From Eledone cirrhosa (lineage: Eukaryota), in the NCBI GenBank assembly GCA_964016885.1, contig OZ024745.1, forward strand, positions 18,290,001 through 18,354,000: DNA of 64,000 bases, given 5' to 3'. The notes below the pieces were generated by a model. It had not been told where the DNA came from and made no database searches. It saw nothing but the letters and a program-made list of their open reading frames with translations. This document shows positions 53,246 through 64,000 of the stretch, one piece after another; position 1 is the stretch's first letter; each line of letters begins with the position of its first letter. A program made the translations under genes and the position numbers.

Positions 53246-53294
<49 letters not shown>

Positions 53295-53405
53295 TTATTT
53301 ATTTATTAAAATAACAGATTAAAGTTTAAGCAAAGAATCGCTGGTTTCACCCTTAACGGGATCTTCTGAAACTCTTTGGATTTTAGTCTTCAAATTTATT
53401 ATTAT

Positions 53406-53500
<95 letters not shown>

Positions 53501-53907
53501 AATATAGATTAGCGAGAATCGCATTTCGGCTATTGGAAATTAGAAAAAATAAACTTCCGAGTTGTGTGGCAGGCGCTCAATAGATACGAGTGAACTAGAG
53601 CAATAAACTTACGTTAAAAAGGCCAAACATACTGACACGATGGTTAAACTATTAACCGCAAAGCCATAGAAGCGGGCAAGCTATTCGGGTCAAACAAATA
53701 ATAAAATATGATTGAAAAATTTACCCGGCCCCAACGCAAACGGTGGTAAAATCCAATATGAGGTTTCTGCCACTCCTAAATCAAGTACTGTCTGCTTAAA
53801 CAATTAATGCTAAGCTTTTGGTATGATGATCGAACAAAGAAGTCAGTTTTTCATATATATATACATATATATATATATGTGTGTATGTATATCTTCTTTT
53901 TTTTCTT

Positions 53908-54161
53908 AAGCCAGAGGCCCATTTGGTCGGTGCTTATCCCGGTTTCATGGCGTGAAGCGACTGAGATTACAAGACATCCCTCTGGACAGGACGCTAGTGT
54001 ATCGCAGTGTTAAACCCCCAGCTATTGTTGGTACTCATTTTCAGCTGGAGCAACGTGAAATGAAGTGTTTTGCTCAAGAACACAACATGCAACCCCGAAA
54101 TCGAACCCACAATATTATGATAGTGAGTCCAACTCCCCCTACCACTAGGCCACGTGCCTCC
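53908..54161 (-). mobile_element. tRNA-derived CORE-like SINE, near full length
   Basis: Minus strand GTGGCCTAGTGG A-box, GGGTTCGATTTC B-box, TGTGTTCTTGAGCAAAACACTT core, tail GAAACCGGGATAAGC. Confidence 0.75.
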
Positions 54162-54204
54162 ATTATATATATATATATATGTGTATATATATATATAATA
54201 TATA

Positions 54205-54240
<36 letters not shown>

Positions 54241-54317
54241 ACGAAGGAAATGTGGTAAGGAACCAGGTGGACCATAACGCACCAAAGAACTCAATACTTA
54301 GGGTAGTAGAGTGGGTA

Positions 54318-54377
54318 ATAGGAACCAGTAAGACCCCGACGGCTGAGCTCAGCCGTCGGGGTCTTACTGGTTCCTAT
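54318..54377. repeat. 60-bp perfect palindrome with no spacer
   Basis: ATAGGAACCAGTAAGACCCCGACGGCTGAG|CTCAGCCGTCGGGGTCTTACTGGTTCCTAT; all 30 pairs checked. Confidence 0.97.
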
Positions 54378-54456
54378 ATATATATATATATATATATATA
54401 TACGTATGTATGTATGTATGTATGTATGTATGTATGTATACCTATACCAGATAATG

Positions 54457-54494
<38 letters not shown>

Positions 54495-55009
54495 TAGGTA
54501 GGTAGGTAGGTAGGTAGATAGATAGACATTGAATTGAAGTTGTAGCTTTATACTACACAATAGAGTATATACATATCAACGCGCATAACCCTCCGGACAG
54601 AAAAGATGGGTTACACCATTCTTGGAATACCCACTTTTCTACTTTCATATCTGAAACCTGTTGTCAATGTATGTAGTTAAAATGACAGGCAGGAAGGATT
54701 TTGTCGTGGTTCCTTAGCTTAATAGTTAAAGTTATGATGTTCAATTCGTCATAGCGGCCGATGGCATCTTCTTTTTTTTTTGTCTTTTAAGGGTCTTCAC
54801 TCTATATTATGAGCTATCTTTATAGTACTTCTGCGCTTGAGTACTTTCTACATACTTATATATATTCATACATTCTCAGCGTTTCAAAAGCCGGAACTCC
54901 GGCTTCGTACATTGTTTATATATATATATATGTATAATATAGAACAGATTCTACAAGACTACAATTGTCTCATCCAAAGAAATCATCACTAAACGGCTTT
55001 CCTAATGAT

Positions 55010-55079
<70 letters not shown>

Positions 55080-55110
55080 ACACAGGCGCACACATGTGTA
55101 TATATATATA

Positions 55111-56007
55111 CGAGGTGTGTCAGAAAAGTTACAGAACTGATGTCACAAAAGATTTATTTCAAACCCAAACTTCACACTAAGAGTTTTCTCATTCAAAGTA
55201 ATCCCCCTGGAGTCTAATGCACTTTTTCATCCTTTTCTGCCACGCTTGCATGCACTCCTAGAAGGATTCTTCCGGGAAACTTCCGCAGTTCTGTCGTCAC
55301 CGCCTTTTTGATGTCGTCCACGTCTTCAAAACGGGTCCCCTCCGGGACCTACTCGACGATCCATGACTTATCACCTGTGATGACTGTCCCTAGCAAGTCT
55401 GGTTCAGTTTCAAGACGCTCGAGGATGTCCTCGCACACTTGCATGCATCGACCCTTCTGGTCATCGTTCAGCAGTTTTGGCACCATCTTCGCGCAGACTT
55501 TCCGCATGTCTAAACCTTCAGTGAGAATCTTCCAGACGCTGTCCCGATTCATGCCGAACTCATTTGCCATCAGTCGAACAGTCAGCCAAAGATCGCTACG
55601 CACCATCTGCCAGATGCGCTCAACGTTGACCTCAGTCAAGGTTGTTGAGGGCCTTCCGCTCCTGGGGTCATCTTCCACGTCCTGGCATACTTCTTTAAAC
55701 CTCTTGCACCACACAGAAAGACGTGGGCGTGACATCGTCTCATCTCCATACACTTGCTGTAGCAATCCCAGTGCTTCAGACGGAGTTTTCAAGTTATTTC
55801 GGTGCTCTGTGCTCATTGCTTGACGACCGGAAACAGAGGACATGTATATAAAATTATGAAGAAAAAGGTTTGGTCGCTGCAGAGAGCTAAGATTACAGTT
55901 ACATACTCCAGGGGGATTACTTTGAAGGAGAAAACTCTTAGTGTGAAGTTTGGGTTTAAAATAAATCATTTGTGACATCAGTCCTGGAACTTTTCTGACC
56001 CACCTCG
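55111..56007 (-). mobile_element. Internally deleted mariner element with ~103-bp TIRs and TA TSD
   Basis: TA|CGAGGTGTGTCAGAAAAG...CTTTTCTGACCCACCTCG|TA. Transposase remnant has VYGDETMSR, DDPRSGRPST, KMVPKLL and ITGDKSW joined directly to GTRFEDV...GDYFE. Confidence 0.93.
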
Positions 56008-56613
56008 TATAAATCATCAGGAGGCTGACTGTCCAAGTAAATATGGTGGTATTTATATTTTTTCTGGTGGTAGGGAGTGGGGATTGGGATGGGTGGTGGT
56101 CATTGCTTTGTGTGTCACACAAAAACAAGATGGCGTAGGACAGAACAAAGGAGTGACACAAAACAAAGGAAAGAATCCCCAGTCACTGAAGAGGCCACAG
56201 AATGTGTGACGAAAGAACTTTGACAATATATGAACAATCGTCTGGTTGTGGAACCAACCAACCAACCTGAAATTTATAAATTCCTAAATTTATAAATTTT
56301 ATTTATAATAAATTGAAGTGAATCAACTGGTGCGTGTGTTTCTTATTGGCAACATGACCCTCCCAAAGTATAACAATATATATATATATATATAGGATGG
56401 CTGTATAGATGGTAGTTAAATTGGGCTTAAAAATGTAATGAGAATAAGAATAAAGCAAGAACGGTGGGGACGGAATTTTCCTCGTCAGTTGTCAGTTGTC
56501 TACTTATATAATTATAAATTTACACATATGTCAACGCATATCTTTATGTATAAGTATGTAGATATATATAGGTATGAATGCATATCTATATATAATTACA
56601 AATTTACACATTA

Positions 56614-56700
<87 letters not shown>

Positions 56701-56705
<5 letters not shown>

Positions 56706-56754
56706 AAAGTGGAACGGGAACTAAACAGAGAGGCAGTACGAACAAAGGTTTATT

Positions 56755-56760
<6 letters not shown>
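56701..56760 (-). mobile_element. 60-bp terminal fragment related to the 52091 element, embedded in (TA)n
   Basis: Shares CAGAGAGGCAGTAC and TTTATTA at similar distances from the (TA)n junction. Confidence 0.55.
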
Positions 56761-56796
<36 letters not shown>

Positions 56797-57669
56797 TATT
56801 ATTATTTCTGTGCAATTATTTTATCAGCCACTTTTGTTTACTGCGTTTTAAAATCTTAGGTATTCGTGTTATTTATAATTTGATCTAATCTATGTCTGCC
56901 TGTTTACCCAGAGGCTTCTTGCTTGCTGTATTCTATTGAGTTACACTTTGTTATTTAGTTTTGAAACACTTTGGAAGATATTAAATATTAAAATTATTCC
57001 CACATACCGGAAGTTTTAATTAAATGTTAATTGTGTGTTATGGGTTGCGATTATCTGTGTCATTTGTAGGAAATAACTATGTATAAATTTTGTTCGTCGT
57101 CAGCGCCGCCGCCACCGCCCACATATTCCTGAGATCGTCGTGGGGGCAGAGTCCTCAAGCACTCCTGTTATAAACAACCGTCTCCAACTGAAATTTTGTT
57201 GTTTATTTTTTTTTATTTAATGCGGTAAAGTAGGAAATGTTGAACCTATACCCGAACTTAGGTAGATATTTCTGTGTGCTAAGCTAGGTAGGTATATCTA
57301 TGTCACACTTTCGATTATATATATTCCTGAGATAGCCGTAATACAGATAATTGAATATCCACGGGCATGAGTATTTGTGTCAACAATGGGTTGAGACTAT
57401 AATACCCCAAGGTCACACATGCTACATTCCAGGGTCAGCTGAAAAATTCATAGGCTGAGAAATTCATAGACAACCAAGATACTCTCATGAAATAACCATA
57501 TGAGGTTTGTTTTTCAACACAGCCGATCCTTGTTTACGTATATGTTATATATGTATTGTGTTACAAGGTTTGTGTGTGTGACACCTATACAGGTTTAGCT
57601 GTCCTCCTTCAAGGAATATCTCGTTGGAGGAGTCTTGTGTAATTGAATGATAGGGACCCCAGTCCTATC

Positions 57670-57818
57670 ATCTCATTTCTACAGCTGAGTAAACTGGAGC
57701 AACGTGAAATAAAGTGTCTTGCTCAAGGAAACAACACATCACCCGGTCCGAGCATTGAATTCACAACCTTTCCATTGCAAGCCCAATGCTCTATCCACAA
57801 AGCCATGCGCCTTCACCA
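57670..57818 (-). mobile_element. CORE-like SINE, old copy
   Basis: TTCCTTGAGCAAGACACTTTATTTCACGTTGCTCCAG core shared with the 53908 and 42925 copies; degenerate A and B boxes. Confidence 0.7.
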
Positions 57819-58159
57819 GGTTTCCACGGATATATATCATTAATGCGTTGAAAAATAGTAATATAGTACTGTAAAAATTGCTGTTTGTCTGAATACCAAC
57901 TGATACATTTACGGAGCAACATGATATTGTTAATTGTCCTTAGCAAAGCATATTAACTTCGACGTTGGTGAGACTGGAATTCTCGATTTATATATAGGAA
58001 AAACCAGGGCAACTGCATCTTGATTAGGTGTCAATAATGTGTATAAACGAAAATGTTCCAGGTTTACATTCTGCATGATGTATATACCAATGGGGTGCTA
58101 AAAAGTGCGCCGTTAACTTTTTCCTCTACTTATTTATTCTTTTTTTATTCTTTTTTTCT

Positions 58160-58430
58160 TGTTCTTGCTTGGGTTCTACATCTGGATTTCCTACCTGTTA
58201 GACTTGCCAGTAAAATCTCTCCAACGATTCTTTCCTTCTACATTCTAGCCACAGGTCCGTAATATCGGAGATGTGATCTCTCAATTGGGAGAAGTAGTGG
58301 CTCTAACTGGAACGACTGCGTGATCTCCGAGCTAGGCACTCTTTCGAGTAACGTTACACCAAAGGCCGTTCGGAGGAATTCCACTTTGGCCGCTTTTATT
58401 AGTGATCGTACTCTTTCGGTAATTGACATA
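58160..58430 (-). pseudogene. 3' fragment of RTE-clade LINE
   Basis: AAKVEFLRTAFGVTLLERV...LEPLLLPIERSHLRYYGPVARM...GRKSRCR matches the RTE C-terminal pattern (EMxFLR...QLRWxGHVxRM...GxRxRGRP). Confidence 0.85.
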
Positions 58431-58899
58431 TTAGCAAGTCAAATTTTGTAAGGTGCCGATTACTCGGGTAGCATCTTTGACCCAAAGATTGAACCGAGTG
58501 AACCCTGTTCTACTCGGTGCCACTCCATCCTACTTTCGCCTGCAGAATTTAACACCCGTTTCCTAACATTCTTCAGCACTCATATATGCAGTCGACTCTC
58601 ACATGCTATATATATATAAATATATGTGTGGGTGTTATATATATAACATAGTAATAAATGTAGTTATTTACTATCGTAGAGGGAATATTCCATCCTAAGA
58701 TGCAGCAGTACATAAACTGCAAGTGTTCAGGAATATTTATGCATTGTCTATGTAACTTTATCTTGCGGTTACTAAGATAGCAATACAATTTATTTAACAA
58801 TCTCCCTCGTTGTGCCAACATTAATAATCATATATAACACAGACATAAAATTAGACATTTATATCCAATCTGCAATTACATTGATTCGAGTAGTTAACT

Positions 58900-59220
58900 G
58901 GTCTGCTGGGGTGAAAGGTGGAGTCAAATATTACAGGATTTGATCTCGGGATAATGTGATATAGCAAATTACATCAAAGCATTTTGCCCGACGCTCGAGC
59001 AATTCTGCCAAATCCCCAATTATTTGCGGACAATTATAATCATATATTTGTGGAAATAGGCTTAGTCAAATATATCGATTCCTCTACTTATCTATACTTT
59101 GTCGTATCGAGGGATGTCAACCTGTCATGATTCGATCTCTGAGCGTAAAGGAAAATAACTAACAAACGCAAGTTATTTTCGTGTAGAGCTCTAACGATTC
59201 AGCCCATTTATTGCTTCAGT
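58900..59220 (-). mobile_element. Two old SINE fragments
   Basis: GAAAGGTGGAGTCAA...GGATTTGATCTC and GTCAACCTG...GATTCGATCTC...GCTCTAACGATTC resemble the reverse-complemented SINE head. Confidence 0.5.
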
Positions 59221-60191
59221 GCCAACATTAATAATAATGGAATACCATCGTTCTACTCAATTAAATATCAGTAAATTGAAGTAGAATTCTCATTCTGACA
59301 CATTTAAATGGCTAAAGAAGAGGAGTTGGTCGTGTTTTAGCTTCATTATCACAACAGTTGTTGTCAATGTGCGTGCATTATAAAATTGCATGGTGCCAAT
59401 ATATGATGAATATTAACTTGTTCAGGCGCTTGTGTCAGATTTCAATCTTGTTGCATTGTGAATTTATTCCTTTTTTTTTACGACTTACATAGTTTAAGCT
59501 ATCGTCAGATGACACTGATTCATTTCAAAATGGTTTGCAAATAGTGTGAACCGGCATATAAAATTTAATTAGACGCAAGGGAGGTAATTGCCAAGGTTCT
59601 GTTAAATTTGAAGAGAAGGAAATACATCAGCTCTTCATCACCAAACTACTTTATTCAACGCATTCCCTCTCTCTTTCTTCATTCTCTTTATTTTCCTCTT
59701 CTCTCTCTACCTTCCTCCCTAACCCGTTTCATTGTCGCCTTCTCCGTCTTTTTATTTCTCGGTCTTTCTCTCTGTCGCACTCCTTGCCAACTTCTATGTT
59801 TGTACCATTCTTCAACTCCATTCACAAATTTATACAAAATGGCCTATGGTTTCAGGTTTCTTGAGTTCATTTGGGGCCAGATACTTATAACATATGACAT
59901 TTGTCCATCCCTTTTCACTGATGTTCAATTCACAGTAAAATAGTGTTCAGAAATATTTGAATAAACATAAATATATACATGGTGAGGATATATGTGAGGT
60001 CAGCTTTGATAAAAATCGTTCAATTTGTTCAAGCTACAGGAAACAGTTCCAGAGGCGGACATTAATTGACATTGATATTTATCTCAATCACACAGCGCTA
60101 TTAGGTGTTCACGTAGGGTGTCACCCCAATCATTTTATAATACAGGTTACTTGATACATCACATATCACCGCTAATATATAAAAAGATAAT

Positions 60192-60371
60192 TGTTTTTAC
60201 TTTAGGCACAAGGCCAGCAATTACCCAGTGCATTACTGGTACTTTATTTTATCGACCCCGTAAGGATGAAAGGCAAAGTCAACCTCGGCGGGATTTGAAC
60301 TCAGATCGTAAAGGGACGTAACTATGCTGGAAAGCATGGCGTCCGACTCTCTACCGATACTGCCAATCCAC
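60192..60371 (-). mobile_element. Young SINE with 7-bp TSD
   Basis: Near-identical reverse complement of 33391-33575. AGATAAT direct repeat at 60185-60191 and 60372-60378. Confidence 0.92.
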
Positions 60372-61499
60372 AGATAATGATTTTGTTTCAGTATTGATGC
60401 AAATTTCAATTAATCCGTCTCATTGCCCATAACATATTTCCTGGTTTCTATCAGAATGTCAGGTGAAGCACGTTAGACCCAAACACACACTATACGTATT
60501 AGAAGTATAGATGCTGGTTGTTTATATTTAAAGTATGCCCCAATAAATGATCCAGTAAGGAAGCCTCCATGTGTTCATTCAGATACTCAGATCACACTTT
60601 TAATTGAATACTACAAGGATTTTGGAATGACCCTCGATATTAGTTCTCTTGTGACGTTTATATAAAACATTCTATTTGTACAATGTATGGTATAAACTGA
60701 TACGATCCACCATAAAGAGGGTTGGGGGTTAAAAGTGGGATCAACATTCTCCTTAAATATATAATATTTATAACTGTGTTGTATATATCTTGCTGTAAAA
60801 TATTTTGGTATTTTATGAGAAATTTGAACTTTTCACCAGGTATTCGCTTAAATAGACTAAATCTATTGTTACTATAGTGATTGTATAACTTGGAATAGTG
60901 GAATAGTGTAGTATATGAATATGTAATTATTATTTAGGTAAATTATTTCTTTTTGTATTAAGAATCTTTCAATACCTTTTGAACTTTGTGTTTATCTTGG
61001 AAAATTTGATATATTATTTATTCATGTTCTAAACTAATAATATTTCCAATTTAGCTTCAACATTTCGTGGTAATTATTCATTATTCATTAATACATTGTC
61101 AACAGATAATGGCACTTATCATTTTCTTCTCGTTCTTTCTTTGTTAAATATTGCTTTCGGTTGGGCCATAACGAAGATTAAATTGTTCCTGGCAGATATT
61201 GTAGTAACATCGTCTGGGAAGTTAAAATAGCATTTTATGTTGATGGTTTTTTTTTTCCTTTTCGTGACGAAATACTTTTTTATATTGGTGTTACTTGGTG
61301 ACTTGGTATTCCGTCCAAATCTCATCATATTGAAATGGCAAACAGTATTGATATGAGAATAGTTATCACAACAAACATCATTTTCTTGTTGAAATCGTAT
61401 ATACTAACTTGAACACTAAATTCATTATATATTTCTTGAAGGAAAGAATCTTACCGCTGAATTCAAATTAAATTTTATATTGAGGATTAATTCAAAATA

Positions 61500-61630
61500 T
61501 AAAGTCAGCGAGCGGTAGAGCGACGGACAAAAAGCTTGTATTTATTTTAACTCCTTATGTTTATGAATTCAGATCTCACACAGGTTGATTTGCCTTTCAT
61601 ATATGTCGATAAATATAGTATCAGTCACTG
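61500..61630 (+). mobile_element. Old SINE fragment
   Basis: CGGTAGAGCGACGGAC...CAGGTTGATTTGCCTTTCAT...GTCGATAAA matches the family. Confidence 0.55.
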
Positions 61631-62525
61631 GTGACAGAATAGAAGAATCCTTAGATTCTAGGATTTGCTGATTTTTGTCAGGCTCTTTTCTTTTTGTATT
61701 TATATGACAACACGGCCTACTTGGGTGAAGGATTTAATCCCTCACTCGGTCGAATTATCGGTTCGTGGGTGCCTTTAGCGGAGATCCTTCAGTTGCCAGC
61801 ACCCATGTGTTCAGTTTGAGAACACCATCCGTCCTAACTTTCATCAGTCTCGGAGGTGCTGCAAATGTTCATAGGCAATCTCGCCTCTCCCGACAAACCC
61901 TTGAAACAAATTCTTGTTTATTTTAAAATAACAATGTTCTTCAATGAGTCAATGTTTTGTGTAAATGTCCCTCGTATTGAGGTTTCGTAATATAACATCA
62001 ATCAAAGTCACGTTGTTTCGCTAAAATATTTTCCTCACAGCAAATTCAAACGAAGTATATTTTACTTTACGCTATCATCCTTAAGCTGAGAGTCTTTCCT
62101 ATTATGTTCCGGATCTGCACAATAAATTCAATATAAATAACGTGAAGTGATATTTTCTAGCTTCATAATTTATATAAATTCGGTAGATAATCGTTTATAT
62201 CTTCATTCAATAATCTCAACAACGAATTTTGTTTCGACGTCGATCTTACATAATTTATTTCTCTTTAATATACATCACCCTCCATTTCTTATCCATCTCC
62301 GCTGCATAGATTACACACTATAGGACAATATCGATCTGAAATTTTTTTCTTAGCACCGACATTAAATCAATTTATTTTATGAAAATCGTTTTCATCTCAA
62401 ACTACCTGCATTTTAAACATAGAAAATTGGTGTTTATCTAGTCCAAGCATTTATTTCTCGTGGTTGCAACATCTTCTTGTCACTCTACGTCTTCTCAAAC
62501 CTCTTAATTCGATGCATTTATTATA

Positions 62526-62716
62526 TAGGGTGGTGCACGGAAAGGTAGCCAATGTTTTTATAGCATAGAGTAAATACAGAAATAAATTTAAAAGTGCTGG
62601 AAATGACTCACCCTCATCGAAGATTTTGAAAATGGGTGCTTTTTCATGTGTCTACATTTATTTCTGTACTTACACTATGCTACAAACCCCGCGCTAACTT
62701 TTCCTGCGCCACTCTG
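62526..62716. mobile_element. Tc1/mariner-type MITE (~190-bp imperfect foldback) with TA TSD
   Basis: TA|TAGGGTGGTGCACGGAAAG...CTTTTCCTGCGCCACTCTG|TA. Internal arms TAGCATAGAGTAAATACAGAAATAAAT and ATTTATTTCTGTACTTACACTATGCTA are complementary. Confidence 0.8.
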
Positions 62717-63075
62717 TATATGTATAATGTCAATGCCATTCTTGTCTGCCTATTGTATGTAGCAGGACAAGAAATCGTATCTTACAATAGGTAGTACCTC
62801 AATAGGTGACAAACCTTATATACCCTCAAGAGAAGATATTTCTAAGCACTATCATGAAAGATGTTACTCTGAACCCCGTTCCCTAAAAGATTGAGTATAT
62901 CGACTTCCTTTCTGCGCAACCGTACAATACAGTTTCAACAAAATCACATGACCTTTTGTGACGAACAAGAAATGATTTATGGTCCATCATATGATTTCCG
63001 GTGCATTTGAAGACACCATTTATTACTAGTGTCGCCGGCAGGATTACATTGACTCATAGATAAATCACCAGCTTC

Positions 63076-63076
<1 letters not shown>

Positions 63077-63167
<91 letters not shown>

Positions 63168-63169
63168 CT

Positions 63170-63227
<58 letters not shown>

Positions 63228-63231
63228 GCGT

Positions 63232-63262
<31 letters not shown>
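63077..63262. repeat. (TA)n(TG)n compound microsatellite
   Basis: Direct observation. Confidence 0.97.
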
Positions 63263-64000
63263 AATGTACTCACTCTCCTCCAACTCGTGAATGTTCATCT
63301 CGTTTATGTTTCATTGACTATCTTCAATGCACGATAATTTTATATGGATATGGTTCGGTGCAAGTGAACGAGGGAATGTGTGTAAAGTTATAGTTTCCGT
63401 TTAGAAACGACAGTGTCATTTGTATTAATTACGGACATTCTAAAATCTAAGATTGTGGTGAATATTGTATATACCAACGATGAATATGAATTTAATAATA
63501 CGGATGATGGCAGGTAGATCTGGAAGCGGATCTATTCTTTATTTTTATCTGTGTAACATGAAAGCGAGGAAGCTGTTGTAGCTTGAAGTAGAAATAGAGA
63601 TTTATAATACAATTCAATATGAAGCCTAATGATGCTTTGTGTCCAATGATTGCAACCATATTTGATTATAACATTTAACTAAACATGCGCTATAAAATAC
63701 GGTTAGAATGCATATTAGGATATTGGAATATTAAACTAACGATTAATCTGGTAGTTTTATGGCCAGGTTGCACATTAACAAATATTTAGGTGCTCATTTC
63801 GACAGAGAAATGCTTCAATTAAGAACAATGGTATTTCCAGTAGCAGAATTGTTATGCAAAACATTTATAGACAATTCTGCAAAGAATTGTCAATGATCTG
63901 CGAGATTTGGAACGATTTAAATAGACACAAAGAATATGGCGGGAATTGAAAATGAAGGTTGTAGAGAAACTAAAGTAATGAAGCGCCATATATATACATA

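Noticed and set aside
55349-56161. 270-aa ORF as an intact transposase or host fusion gene
   Set aside because: It starts outside the element, reads through a TIR, and stops after the first catalytic Asp motif; the DD34D core is deleted.

Overview
Eukaryotic, AT-rich, microsatellite-dense DNA with no intact host gene. The SINE and microsatellite landscape resembles an octopus/cephalopod genome (inference, not verified). Bases 1-~23250 are a 60/61-bp satellite array (~380 monomers, open at the left edge) organised as successive 36-, 39- and 44-monomer higher-order repeats, with a diverged monomeric edge. The rest is a transposon-rich flank. It holds a full-length, two-ORF-intact L1-clade (Tx1-like) LINE embedded in (ATT)n, and tRNA-derived SINEs whose 3' end (stem-loop with CTTGT loop, GAAA, (ATT)n) matches that LINE's 3' end. 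It also holds CORE-like SINEs, a non-autonomous Helitron, two CRE-clade RLE retroelement fragments, Penelope-like fragments with hammerhead-ribozyme motifs sitting in (TA)n tracts, a 60-bp perfect palindrome, a rearranged mariner, a Tc1/mariner MITE and an RTE fragment. The most notable signals are the apparent Tx1-like LINE/SINE partner system targeting (ATT)n, the layered higher-order satellite, and the cluster of hammerhead-bearing fragments in (TA)n.
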